Positions 16,025 to 27,400 of a stretch of DNA of 51,047 nucleotides are shown in pieces. The stretch is from a virus (taxonomy: Duplodnaviria; Caudoviricetes). The stretch covers positions 1 to 51,047 of the IMG/VR virus record IMGVR_UViG_3300014867_000001. One strand, given 5' to 3'. A program made the translations under genes and the position numbers. The notes under the pieces were generated by a model. The model worked only from the letters and a program-made list of their open reading frames with translations, made no database searches and was not told where the DNA came from. Every line of letters begins with the position of its first letter. Within the stretch, counting starts at the first letter, position 1.

Positions 16025-18435
16025 GCGATGATCCCGCACAGAACGTTCCTCCTCCTGACCCTCCAGCAGAGGATCCGCTCGCAGCTCTCCACGCCGGCAA
16101 GCTCTCCTTCTGCCGTTCCTGTCCCCTCTACGACGCCCCCGGACCCGTCTTCGGCCACGGCCCCGCGCAAACCCGACTTATGGCTGTCGGTGAGGCACCG
16201 GGGGAAGAAGAAGCCCACCTTGGTCGTCCTTTCATCGGTGGAAGTGGCCGCCTTCTTACAGTTCTACTCGCGAAGGCTGGGATTAGTCGTGAGAGCGTAT
16301 ACCTCACGAACGCCGTTAAGTGCCGTCCTCCAGGGAACCGGAAACCCACGGGAGAAGAAATTACCTGCTGTTCGGTTATTCTCGAACAGGAAGTGAAGGA
16401 TGTCGATCCGAACTGCATCGTTGCTCTTGGTGATACTCCTCTCAACGCGCTTACGTATCGGACCGGCATCACGAGGTGGCGGGGAATTCCGATCGCCGGG
16501 ATGGGAGGTAAGAAGGTTATCGGGACCTTTCATCCAGCCTATGTCGCCCGAGCACCTTCGAACTTCGCTTATCCCATTTTTGATCTACAGCGGGCTGATG
16601 GGGAATCCGCGTTTCCCGAATTGCGAAGAGTGGAAACTTCGTATATTAGAGACGGCTCTCTCGAAGACCTCGAAACTGCGCACCAAGTGGCGCTTGATGT
16701 AGGATTCATCGGATACGACATCGAAACTGCGATGACTCTGCACCCCGAAGACGGAGCTCCCATCTGTTGCGGCTTCGGCTCCGTCCCCGGCAAGATCGGG
16801 TGCTACCGCTGGACACCTCACCTCGTCAACAAAATGAAGGAGATTTTCTCCGATGAGAGGATCGAGAAGGTCGGTCAGAACAACGAAGGATTCGATCTTC
16901 CCTATGTTGAATGGCACGGTTGCCATCATAAGGGGAAGGTGGCCGATACGCTGCTCATGTTTCACTTGGTCTCTCCTGACATGCAGAAGGACCTCGAAAC
17001 GATCAACTCCTTCTATTCTGATATTGAACCCTGGAAGCATGAGAAGAAAGGCGACCTCTTCATCTACAACTGCAAGGACGTAGATGCGACGATCCGAGCG
17101 TATATCAACCTGAAGAAGGAGATTGCGTCGATTGGGCTGACAGACTTCTACTACAACCACGTCGCACCTGTCCAGCCTGTCATCCGGAAGATGACTGCGA
17201 GAGGGATGAAGAAGGACGTTGACAAAGCCATTATGTGGTCGTACGTTCTCACCAAGCGTGCGAACGAGTTAGAGAAAGTTCTCCAAGAAGGCATCGGCGA
17301 TATGTCCTTCAACGTGAACTCCGCTCCGCAGTTGAAGACGCTCCTCTACGATACAATGGGGCTCAAGACTCAGTACAAGAAGAACAAGAACGGAGGGTTC
17401 TCTCCTACTACCGACTCCGAGGCCTTAGAGAAGCTCGCTCTCCTCTACCCCAACAACGAAATCTTCAAAATGGTCATGGAGATTCGTGAATGCCGAAAGA
17501 TGGAATCCACCTTCGTCTCCGTTGCGACCGACGAGGCAGGGTTCATTCATCCGAGATTCTCCACTGCGAAGGCCGCGACCGGCCGATTCAACTCCTTCGA
17601 ACCTAACGCGCAGAACATCCCGAAGGAAGTTCGTGAGATCTACATTCCTGACACTCCCGACCACGTTATCTGGTCGTGTGATTGGAGTCAGATCGAAGGC
17701 CGCCTCAAAACCATCCTCTCAGGGGATAAAATCGGACTCGACCTTCTCACCTCGGGTGCTGACATGCATCGAGGCACTGCATCGGAGACTCTCGGGAAGA
17801 GAATCGAAGACATCGACGATACCGAGCGCGATACCGCGAAGTTCATCGTCTACGGCCTTGACTACGGTCGCGGCGTTGCTTCCCTCTACGCGGAGGCACG
17901 TCTCAACCCAATCTACAAGGATTGGTCCGACGCCAAGCTCTACCAATTCTTCGAGATGTTTGTCGGACGCTACTCCAAGAAGTTCGAGACCTACTGGAAA
18001 TGGCGTGAGCGGAACGTTCGCTTCGTTGAGAAGAACGGCTTCTACGCGAACCCGTTCGGACGTCGTCGTTATTGGTTCTCGCGGCAGATCACCGAAGTCT
18101 ACAATATGCCTCAGCAAAGCACCGCTGCGGATATGATGTACGACGTGATCGTAGCGATCGACAACGACCTCCCGGCAGGCAGCACTATTCGCCTTACCGT
18201 CCACGACGAACTTGTTGGCAACACCCCCAAAGACCTCGCGAAGCTCACGAAAGAATGCGTTGAAGACCACATGAACCGTAAGTGGCCGAACATCGTCGAG
18301 GCTTCCGCCAACCCTGATCTCGTACGCCTCTACTACCCGAACGGTTGGCATTGTCCAGCTGACCTCGTCTTCGGGAACAATTGGAAAGAATCCAAGAAGG
18401 GTAACAAAGCCCTCATGAAGGAGCTAGTCGGATGA
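16021..18435 (+). CDS. polA: Family A DNA polymerase with N-terminal family-4 uracil-DNA glycosylase domain and 3'-5' exonuclease
   Basis: UDG: CRSCPL, VGEAPG..E, PFIG.SG, TNAVKCRPPGNR, FHPAY. Exo: YDIET, FDL, YNCKDV. Pol: ATGR, DWSQIE, RDTAKFIVYGLDYG, VHDEL. Confidence 0.95.
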   Translation: MSDDPAQNVPPPDPPAEDPLAALHAGKLSFCRSCPLYDAPGPVFGHGPAQTRLMAVGEAPGEEEAHLGRPFIGGSGRLLTVLLAKAGISRESVYLTNAVKCRPPGNRKPTGEEITCCSVILEQEVKDVDPNCIVALGDTPLNALTYRTGITRWRGIPIAGMGGKKVIGTFHPAYVARAPSNFAYPIFDLQRADGESAFPELRRVETSYIRDGSLEDLETAHQVALDVGFIGYDIETAMTLHPEDGAPICCGFGSVPGKIGCYRWTPHLVNKMKEIFSDERIEKVGQNNEGFDLPYVEWHGCHHKGKVADTLLMFHLVSPDMQKDLETINSFYSDIEPWKHEKKGDLFIYNCKDVDATIRAYINLKKEIASIGLTDFYYNHVAPVQPVIRKMTARGMKKDVDKAIMWSYVLTKRANELEKVLQEGIGDMSFNVNSAPQLKTLLYDTMGLKTQYKKNKNGGFSPTTDSEALEKLALLYPNNEIFKMVMEIRECRKMESTFVSVATDEAGFIHPRFSTAKAATGRFNSFEPNAQNIPKEVREIYIPDTPDHVIWSCDWSQIEGRLKTILSGDKIGLDLLTSGADMHRGTASETLGKRIEDIDDTERDTAKFIVYGLDYGRGVASLYAEARLNPIYKDWSDAKLYQFFEMFVGRYSKKFETYWKWRERNVRFVEKNGFYANPFGRRRYWFSRQITEVYNMPQQSTAADMMYDVIVAIDNDLPAGSTIRLTVHDELVGNTPKDLAKLTKECVEDHMNRKWPNIVEASANPDLVRLYYPNGWHCPADLVFGNNWKESKKGNKALMKELVG

Positions 18436-19154
18436 AACTCAGCATGGAAATCCCTACAGCCCATCTCGCAGACCTCTCTCCACTCGTCGACATCGATTTC
18501 CTCATCCCGCATAAGCTCGAGGACAAGCGGTATCGCGACTTCTATGCGAATCGCCTAAACGTCGAATGCATCATGGACAACGGTTTCCACGAACTCGGTG
18601 AGCCGCTTACGATCGAGAAGCTGATACACTACTGCAATATGATGCAGCCGGACTTCCTGATCTCACCGGACAAGCTCGATGACGTCTCCTGGACTATGGA
18701 GATGGCCGAGGTCATGGTGAAGAAGGTCCCTAGCTACAAGCTCGCAGGGAACGTCTTCGGCGAGACTCGCGAAGAACGGATCAAGATGATCTCCCACTAC
18801 AGAAGCCTCCGCTTCGGTATGGTGTGCTTTCCATATCGCAAACGTCAACCCGAGTGGTTCACTCATTCCCTAAACGAACTCACGAGCATTGTCAACACGT
18901 TCGCACGAGTGCACTTCCTCGGTGCGATCAACGAACTCGAGACGAAGTTCCTCGCGAAGACGTTCCCTCATGCCTCCATCGACACCGCGAAGCCGATCAA
19001 GTGGGGGCTGCAGAAGCGTCGTCTCGACACAGTCGATCCTTGGTCCGGCGGATGGGTCGAATACGACTCCTTCTCCGAGGCTCGAATCGGAGGACCGGTC
19101 TCCGCGCAGAACATCTTCTACAACATCGCGTACCTCCGAAAGCTTCTCGCGTAA
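18432..19154 (+). CDS. Compact TGT-like (DpdA-like) base-exchange enzyme, putative DNA 7-deazaguanine transglycosylase
   Basis: IMDNGFHE, SPD, VHFLG and SIDT in the order of TGT-fold motifs (DSG / D / HLLG / S.D); same operon as folE-queD-queE. Confidence 0.65.
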   Translation: MKLSMEIPTAHLADLSPLVDIDFLIPHKLEDKRYRDFYANRLNVECIMDNGFHELGEPLTIEKLIHYCNMMQPDFLISPDKLDDVSWTMEMAEVMVKKVPSYKLAGNVFGETREERIKMISHYRSLRFGMVCFPYRKRQPEWFTHSLNELTSIVNTFARVHFLGAINELETKFLAKTFPHASIDTAKPIKWGLQKRRLDTVDPWSGGWVEYDSFSEARIGGPVSAQNIFYNIAYLRKLLA

Positions 19155-20542
19155 TGGCAACTCACCTCGAGCTCTCGGCTTCCATCGGAAAGCTGATGGA
19201 GGTCCTGGAGACTGTCAACGAGGTATCGGACGAGTTCAAGGAAAAGGCTATCGCTTGGGTGAAGGATATCCCTCCGACGTACAGGCCGGAGGAACTCTAC
19301 CAAGCGCTCTCGCGGGTGTTCGGGGTCACGGTCGAAGACATCAAACGAATGGTCGACCCTGCTCACAAGAGGCCATCGGACTTTGACGACCTCGTTCCCC
19401 GTTCAGGGTGGTTGACAGACTATATCCACTACACAATCAACACCGAACCCCCGACGGTGTTTCACTTCTTCGCGGCGTTGATAGCGGTCAGCACTGCGTT
19501 GAGTCGGAACCTCTTCTTCGACATGGGAGCTTACAAGCTCTATCCAAACCTCGCAGTTGCCATCATCGCCCCAAGCGGACGTTGTAAGAAGACTTCCGCT
19601 TGCCAAGTCGCAGTCAACATGATCAGTGCCATCGGAGGTAACGTCCTTGCCGACAAGCTCACGCCTGAAGTCCTCGTCGAAGCTCTCAAGGATAAGAACC
19701 CTGCAACCGGACTCGTTTACGCCCCCGAACTCGCAGCCTTCCTCGGTAAGCAAAAGTACCAAGAAGGAATGGTGCCGCTACTTACAAGGCTCATGGATTG
19801 CCCAGATAAGTGGAAATCCTCCACCATCATGCGCGGTGATGCGGAGCTTCAAAACGTGGCCCTTACGTTTCTTGGGGCTTCCACGCTCGACTGGGTACAA
19901 ACTGAAATCCCTAAGTCCGCATTCGGTGGAGGTTTCATTTCTCGTATCTTGTTCGTCGTGCAGGAGGACACACCCCGTTCATTTCCGCTGCCACCTGAAA
20001 TGAACAAGGAGTTCAGGATGAAGCTGCTCGAACGGCTTCGTCTCATGACTCAAGTCCGTGGGCAAGTCAAAATGTCCGACGAGTGCCGGACTTGGTACAT
20101 CGACTGGTACAGGAGGAACCAGCGGAAGTCCTACGACAATAAACAGTTCGCGGGGTACTACGAACGTAAACCAGACCACTCACTCCGTCTCGCAATGCTC
20201 CTGAACGTTGCGGAGGAGAAAGGCAAAGGCGAGCATCTCCTCCTCGGCAAAGAACACGTCCAACACGCGATCAAAGTTCTCGACTGGATCGAAGCATGGC
20301 TTCCAGGCACTTTCGACTCGCTCCAGGAATCTACTTCCGGTGCTCAACTCATGGGGATTATCCGCCAACTGAAATCCAAGAACGGGAATCTCCAACACAG
20401 CGCGTTGCTCCGTCTGAATTCCCGGAAGATGAACGCGTTCCAGTTCAAACAAACAATCGACACTGGCGTACAAGCTGGGTGGATAATGAAGGATAACAAG
20501 ACGGGTCATTATGTGTTGACCCCGGAAGGCTGGAAAGCATGA
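19154..20542 (+). CDS. DUF3987-like P-loop helicase/replication protein
   Basis: EPP..FHFF, YPNLAVAIIAPSGRCKKTS, TPE, GGGFISR. Confidence 0.75.
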   Translation: MATHLELSASIGKLMEVLETVNEVSDEFKEKAIAWVKDIPPTYRPEELYQALSRVFGVTVEDIKRMVDPAHKRPSDFDDLVPRSGWLTDYIHYTINTEPPTVFHFFAALIAVSTALSRNLFFDMGAYKLYPNLAVAIIAPSGRCKKTSACQVAVNMISAIGGNVLADKLTPEVLVEALKDKNPATGLVYAPELAAFLGKQKYQEGMVPLLTRLMDCPDKWKSSTIMRGDAELQNVALTFLGASTLDWVQTEIPKSAFGGGFISRILFVVQEDTPRSFPLPPEMNKEFRMKLLERLRLMTQVRGQVKMSDECRTWYIDWYRRNQRKSYDNKQFAGYYERKPDHSLRLAMLLNVAEEKGKGEHLLLGKEHVQHAIKVLDWIEAWLPGTFDSLQESTSGAQLMGIIRQLKSKNGNLQHSALLRLNSRKMNAFQFKQTIDTGVQAGWIMKDNKTGHYVLTPEGWKA

Positions 20543-20976
20543 TCAACTGGGAGAAACTAGCAAGGGAGAGGGGTTACGTTACAATCTCGGCGCAGCCACC
20601 TGATAACGAGCCCGTCGAGACTGGCGATCCTGCAGCGATGCTCGTCGCCCTCTACAAAGAACACAACTCCATCGACGGCATCGCTGAAGCACTCACTCTC
20701 TCGCGCCACACCGTCCGCGTCGCATTCGAACGGTTCGACGTCCCCGTCAAAACACAAGGAGGTCCGCAGCGACGAAAGTTCACCGTCACCGAAGACATCC
20801 TGACCGAATGTGAGGAGAGAGGAATCGCAGCCGTGGCGAAAGACCGCGAGCTCGACTACACCACCGTCTACAAGGCTACTCGTGAGCCTCTGCGAAAGCG
20901 CAAACTGCTTCGTGCAGAATCCGAGCTATCCTCATCTGAACTCCTGGACGAGAAAGGAACTCAGAATCATGAGTAG
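20539..20976 (+). CDS. HTH DNA-binding protein (possible late regulator)
   Basis: SIDGIAEALTLSRHTVR plus a second HTH-like segment GIAAVAKDRELDYTTVYK; last gene of the + arm. Confidence 0.6.
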   Translation: MINWEKLARERGYVTISAQPPDNEPVETGDPAAMLVALYKEHNSIDGIAEALTLSRHTVRVAFERFDVPVKTQGGPQRRKFTVTEDILTECEERGIAAVAKDRELDYTTVYKATREPLRKRKLLRAESELSSSELLDEKGTQNHE

Positions 20977-21445
20977 AGTCGATGAAGCCGACTTCAACAA
21001 GGATGGCGGGACAAGAGGTGTGCTTGAGTACGTAAAGCTTGTCGGACTGTCTGACCCCGCGCCAGGGGTAATGGGTGAAAGCTTCGCGGAAACCCTTATG
21101 AATGCACTCCGCGATGGCGATCGACTTTTTGTTCTCTGGAAACACCCAAACTTCCGCGCCGGTAGCCTCGGGCTTCCCTGGCGAATCGTCGTCGGGATCC
21201 GCGTTCAGATGGACGGAAACGAACAGCTCGCTGTCATGAGCCTCCGAGATGCGGACTCGCTCGGGGAGCAACACATCCGTATCGACCTCTCGCGTGAGAG
21301 CGATGTTGAATACGTGGCGAACGTCGGCTTTCATCAGTTCCTGGAGCTTAAGTACGATCGAAAGCGCGATCTCTTTCTCCCGGTAGGACTTATAGACAGC
21401 CCCGGGATCTTTCCCGCCGTGTCCAGCGTCAAGTGTGATGTTCAT
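20876..21445 (-). CDS. N-acetylmuramoyl-L-alanine amidase (Amidase_3), endolysin
   Basis: LDAGHGGKDPGA, EK, FVSVHLNA, PAILVEVGFI. Confidence 0.93.
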   Translation of the reverse strand: MNITLDAGHGGKDPGAVYKSYREKEIALSIVLKLQELMKADVRHVFNIALTREVDTDVLLPERVRISEAHDSELFVSVHLNADPDDDSPGKPEATGAEVWVFPENKKSIAIAECIHKGFREAFTHYPWRGVRQSDKLYVLKHTSCPAILVEVGFIDSTHDSEFLSRPGVQMRIARILHEAVCAFAEAHE

Positions 21446-24400
21446 TAGGGTCTCACATCCGGAAGGCCGAAGAGCATCTTCAGTGATTCACCGTAATCAC
21501 CTTGACCGAATGCTTCGGCAGATTTGAGGGCGTGCGATGATGCAACAGTCGGAAATGGTAAGAACTGCTTCCATGCTGAAGTCCTTAGCCGTGCAGCTTG
21601 AATACGGGATACCGCATCCTCGTCTCCTGATGCTGCGGCCGACAACGCTGAACCGGCTTGCATCCCGACTTGAGCGAGTGGCCCGCCTGTGTAGACAAGA
21701 GGCGCGAAGAAACTCCACCGCCCGAAGTCAACTCCAAACACTTCAGACATCCCGTAGAAGAAAGCCGCGTTCACCCCGGCCCACCTCGCTGCAAACTGGA
21801 CACGAGACTTCGTAGACCCCCGACGAAGCATATGATTACCGAACCATTCCGTATACCAAGCTGGCCAGGTGCCATACTGACCAAACAAGCGGCCAGCCGT
21901 GCTCTGCATGACGTAGGGAACGTTCCCTCGCGAGTACAAAAACTGCGACGCCTTTGCGAAGTCGAGTGCGAGAAGGTGCGACGCAAGCTCATTGTTCCCA
22001 CTACCCAACGCCTGCTTCACCTGGACGATGAGCTCCCCAGCGTCAACGTCTCGGAACTCCGCTTTACTCTCGACAAGATACTCAGCCCACGATATTTTAC
22101 GATCAAGGAACTGCTTACCAGCCCGCTCTGCCGCGTTGAACTGGGAATAATACGCCACGACGCGGTTGAAGTCATCTGCCGACTGGTAGAACTGCACCCC
22201 CTTATTCATGAAGTCTACGACTTTGCCTGCGCCTTCCGCATAGCCTGCAAGGCGGGGGGATTCGAGGAGTGCTTGCTGGATATTGGACAACGGCTCGAGC
22301 ATCGCGTTGGTGTTGACGATGTCGCGCTTCTCCATTGCTGCACGTATGTTGGGATCTTTCCTCCACCGGAGACCCATACGGATTCCGAAAGCAGTATCCG
22401 TCCCACCCATTACGGGAAACACCGTCTGGAGAGTCTGTAGGTAGTTCCTCGCAGTCATCCCCATGTTAAACGCCATGTTCGCGAAGTAATTCGCACCCGT
22501 CAACGTACCAACAACGTCAACAGCCTCATCATGTGCTAACTCCACTCCGAGAACGCGTTTCGTGATATTTCGAATGCCCATTGCCATGCCGTAACCCAGA
22601 CGGTCCTGGGCATGCACAGCCTCCGCACGGTGCCGGTTGAAGAAGTCAATCATCACCTTAACGCCGTGGTCCGACTCTACGCCAGCGAGTTGCGTAAGGC
22701 TCTTATCGATGTCTGTCCATTCCTGTGCGAGGTACTTTTCGTGAGCCAGTGCTCGCCCGTACCTCTTCATAGTTACGGCGAAGTCGTACTCACGTTCATC
22801 GAGCCCGAGGTTCTCCCCGAACGACCGAGATTTCCGGGTTATGGGATTTGGCGGTCGCGTGCTGTCATAGGGACGGAGCTCGACGGAGTCCATGTTCATC
22901 CGCCTGAAGTGCGGGAGTTCCTTCAACTCCTTCTCCGGATCCATGTCAAGGTCTGTAATGAACTTCCGAAGGACAGAGTCAAGCAACCCCTCAGCCTTCT
23001 TCACCGTATCGGGAGCCTGCCCTTGGACTCGCTGATATGCCGCGTTGTCCAAGTATCGAAGCTCGAACAGCTTCCCGACCTGAATGCGTTCATCCCGTGG
23101 CAGGAGGCGCGCCATTGCGTGGACTTGATTAAAGAGCGGATGCGTGGCCCGAATCACTTGCGTCCGTCCGTGGTCGATGGATTGCCACCAACGATAGAAT
23201 GGGATGCCCGTCGCTTGCTGGTACTCCTTGAACAACTCCATCGGGACACGGAAGAAGTCCGTCATACGGAAGGTCCGGGATGAAGAAAGATACTCCTCCT
23301 CTGCCGCGCCTGTCAACTCCACTACTGGAGGACGGAGATCACCTCCACCAGCACCTATCGGAGCTAGCGAGTCGAATGGCGTCCGAGGACCGGACCCTCC
23401 TTCATCTGGCGCTGACGCAAGGACGTCTCGTATCCCTCTTGGGGCTCCAACGGGCCCGCCGATACCTGCTTTGGCGAGACGCTTTTCAAGAGCAGGGTCG
23501 TAGATGGGGTTGGGCGGGTTCTCACTCAACGCCGCAATTATCTCTTTCCGATTGGTCTCGGTATACGTTCGGAATGGACCGTGGGAGTCATACTGGAGAC
23601 TACCACGTCGGAATAACTCGGGTTGATTCCACTGACGTAGCTGCGCATACAGAAGTGCGTCACTGGGGTTACGGTTTCCGAAAAGAAAGTGCAACCCCGT
23701 CCCATGTCCGAACTGATTCAGCTGACTCATCACAGCTTCCTCGCCCTGACTCGGGTCAATCCCCATCTTCCGGAGAGTCTCCTGATGAGCGTTGATCCTC
23801 GCCCGCACCGCCCCTTTCTCGTAAACAACGAACTGCTTGAGGTCATGGGCTTTATCGGAGAAGACCCCATCTATCGGCATCGCGTTAAAGGAACCCCCTA
23901 CGTTTGCCTTCTTCGCGAGCGCCTGGACCGTTCCGTTCAACATCCGACCGTGTTTACTCTGGACAATGGTGGCAGCAGAACCTCCGCCTACTACTTCCGT
24001 AATGGAACTTTCCTGAAGCGACGTCTCTCGGAACCTCACCCCGTCTACCACAGCATCTGTCGAACGTTCAGGACCGTCTACTGCCCATGCCTGCAGGAGC
24101 TTCTTTTCGATGACGGGACCATACTTCTTGCCGCGTGGTACACGGAGGAGGAATTCCAGAGCCTCCTGCCCCGTGGGGAAGCGGTACTGGCCGCCTTGAC
24201 CACCGACGATATAGCCTTCAGCATCCGGGGCAATTCGGAACCCACGCTCCCTAGCTGCTTGCGTTAGGGAGTCATAGCTCGCATCCCCGAACTTCAGCTT
24301 GGAGAGTTCGTCGAGCGTCCATTCGAACGAGCCGTCGACGGCGTCAAATTGCGCGCCGGAGACCGTTATACGAACGGGAGTAGTCGGATCGGCGCCTTGA

Positions 24401-27400
24401 GTAAGAAGTACCTGAGCAGCGCGCCGAGCCGTGACCATCTCGAGACTCTTCTCCGCTCCATCCTTCGTAAGTGCGAACGAAGCTGGTCGAATGCTTTCTT
24501 CTCCGAACTCCGTAGCTCTCTGTTCCAGGACTCGAGGGATGGAGTCTTCACTGTACTCTCCTGCGTGACCAGGCTTGGCAGCCTTGCGGGGAACGTATCC
24601 CGCAGGCATATGCCGTCTGGTAACCGACGTATCAGGCTTCCCAGCGAAGACTTCCCAGAAATCCGCCTCGCTTCTCGGCTTGGTCTTCCACTGTTGACGG
24701 TCCGGATCGAAAAATCGTACAGGCGTAGCCGACTGTCGAATGACGTTTCGCTCTCCCGGATCCGTCGGGTGCTGATTCCCCTTGACTCGAGGTAGGTTAG
24801 GATTGTAGTCACCTCTACCGCGCTGCAACCCTTGAATCGTATCCCGTGGGCCCACATCTTCGACAGCCCCTCCAATCTTCGGATAACGAATTCCCGACCT
24901 CCACTCTCCTGTCATCGAGTCGAAGTTCGCCGTGTTCGGGATGGAGAGCGTGATCCCTTGGCCATGCATGAAGACTCGCGGCATGTGCCCAACGAGATAG
25001 TCTTCTTCGTCAATAGCAGTCGCCTCAGGGCTTCTCCAATACTCCGAAGGGCGGTCAAAGTCTTCGGTGATAACTTTTCTACTCTGCAGATCGACAATGC
25101 CGTGACGCGTTTCGCCATTGGAGTGAGGCCTCAGCCCGAGAGGGCGTGCAACGTAACCTGGAGACTGGATCTCAGCGAGCGGGAAGAGCTTATCAAGCGA
25201 TTGCGTTGAAACAACTCCTCGATCATCGCGGACCTTCACAGTCCACTTATTCGCTTCGAACCCCGGCATTCCTGCAGGGATCGGCAACGCTTCCCTCTCA
25301 CTCACTTGCTTGGCCAGGAGCTGATCCTCTTCAGCCAAGACGTCAGCGGTGGAAGCAATACGAGCGTGATCCTCGTTACGTAGATCGTTCCAAGTGCTAC
25401 GTACTCTTCGAGCCTGATCACGAACGCCTTGCCTTATCTGTCGAGACTTACCTCGACTGGTTTTCACCTGTCGCATAAGGTCGACGAGCTGATTCGAACC
25501 CTCTCTCCTCTGATACCCCGCGACGCCCCAGTCGTTGGTTCGAGCTCCTCTCGCCTGAGCTTCGATCCCTTCCTCGTCGATGCTCTCTATCGGAGGCTGA
25601 ACACCTTTCGGGTCCGGTCGGACGCGCTTCAAATTACGCGTCTCCATCTCGTTCGTTACACGTGCTCGCACTGCCGCGTAGCCGTTGACGGACTTATCCG
25701 CTTCGACGAGCATCTTATCCAACGCTAGGAGACCGCCATCACTCTGTTGCTCGATTTGGTCGAGGTTCTTCTGATAGTGGACAACGCGGCGATTGATCTC
25801 CTTCACTCCGGCAGTCGCGATATCTTCCTCATGCGACGTTCGTGCCAGAGCGACAGCAGAACTGATTTCGTCTCCAGGAGCACTCCGCAGCACCGCTCGA
25901 GCTTCCGGATAGGAGTCGAAATCATCCCAAGGCTGTTCACTTCCCAGGACTTCGACATTCTTCCCCGAGACCGCATCGCGATAACGCTTTCCCGCGACAG
26001 GCCTCTCAGCCCGTGCGGCGAGCGTTCCTTCCGGAGCTGACTTCAGCGGGAGATCTCCATCGGCCCCACGAAAGATGTTATTGAACCTCGTCCAAGCACC
26101 GATCCCACCGACCCGTGCTTCGTCGAGCTTCACCTCGAAACCGCGACGCCTGAACTCAAGAGCAGTGTCCCGGAGTTGCCGAGTCTCCACCGCGAACTTC
26201 GTCTGCGAGACCTGTCCCGGTTGAGCAGGCCGATCTGCAGGATTGGATTTCACATGAAACGGGAGATACTGCGTTTCACCGTTCACCGGATTCTTCAGCT
26301 CGAGACGGCCGTGCACACCGAAGTTCGCATCCTGCGTGAAGAAGAGGGGATCGATCTCGAGCTTCGTTGCGAGCACGTCTGCATACCAGTCACCGGCGGC
26401 CCGGTCAGCGTTCAGCTTGAGGATCGTATTGGCAGCAGTATCGTTCTTCGCAAGCTCCCGACTCAGAGCTTGGGCAATTGCGATATCCGATCCAACATTC
26501 CCCGACCGAAGCCGATCAATATGCGTCGCGACTGTCTCCGCAGAAAACCCGGTCTCCGCAGCAATCTTCCCTACCGCTTCATCCGCGACCTTCTGCCCGA
26601 TCTCCTCCCGCCATGCCTTCCGCATGAGGGGGATGCCGATAATCTCGAACGCGCCACCGATCGCAGCGTCTCTCGCCATCCGAGCGAAGCGAGACTCGCC
26701 GTTATCGAGATGAGCGAACGCAGAGATCGAGGCCGCCGAAGCCCCTGCCGCAACGGTCGAGCGTGCAACCTTTCCCGTCATCGTCGCCGCAGTTGCTACT
26801 CCCGTCGCTCCTCTGAACGCTCCGTAAGTGGCGACATTGATAGGCAGCCCACCAATAAGCTCACCAACGATTTCGGGCGCCAGGACGACCTTATCACGGA
26901 CGTGGCCATCGATACTTCCTCGGGAGTCAAGCTCCTGAAGAAGGTCGCGACGAGCGCGATCTCCTGCTCGTTGCATGAGCTTCCAGTCGTTGGAGAAGAA
27001 GCTCGAGACCGGGTAGAAGAACCCCCGTGAGATCCCGTTCTGCATCGCTGCGACGGAGCTCCTCCAGAGCCTTCCGGTTTCCGGAGTCGTGACCGAAGCC
27101 GATGAAGGAATCTCCTTTGTCTGTTTCGAGTGGCCACCTTTGATCACCTCGGCGTTGAAGATATTCCCATCATCATCGGTTAACGCGGCGAGGTGACGGC
27201 CGTACTTATCCTGTGTATCCCCCGCTTGTAGCGAGACGGTGACGTTCTTCCCGGTTCCCAGCTTCTTCAGGAAGGCTGACGCCTCTGGTCCGCCAGACTG
27301 GACCTTCTTAGTAGGATGAACTGTTTCAGGGGTGTCCAACCCAGCAAGCCTGACTCTTCCGAATCCTTCCAGGTCGAGTGTGTCACCGTCTATGACGTTC

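Noticed and set aside
18824-19153. N-terminal extension of the helicase in the ORF track
   Set aside because: It overlaps the TGT-like gene out of frame; a coupled ATG exists at 19154.
20810-21448. 212-aa + strand ORF
   Set aside because: Antisense to the clearly conserved amidase.
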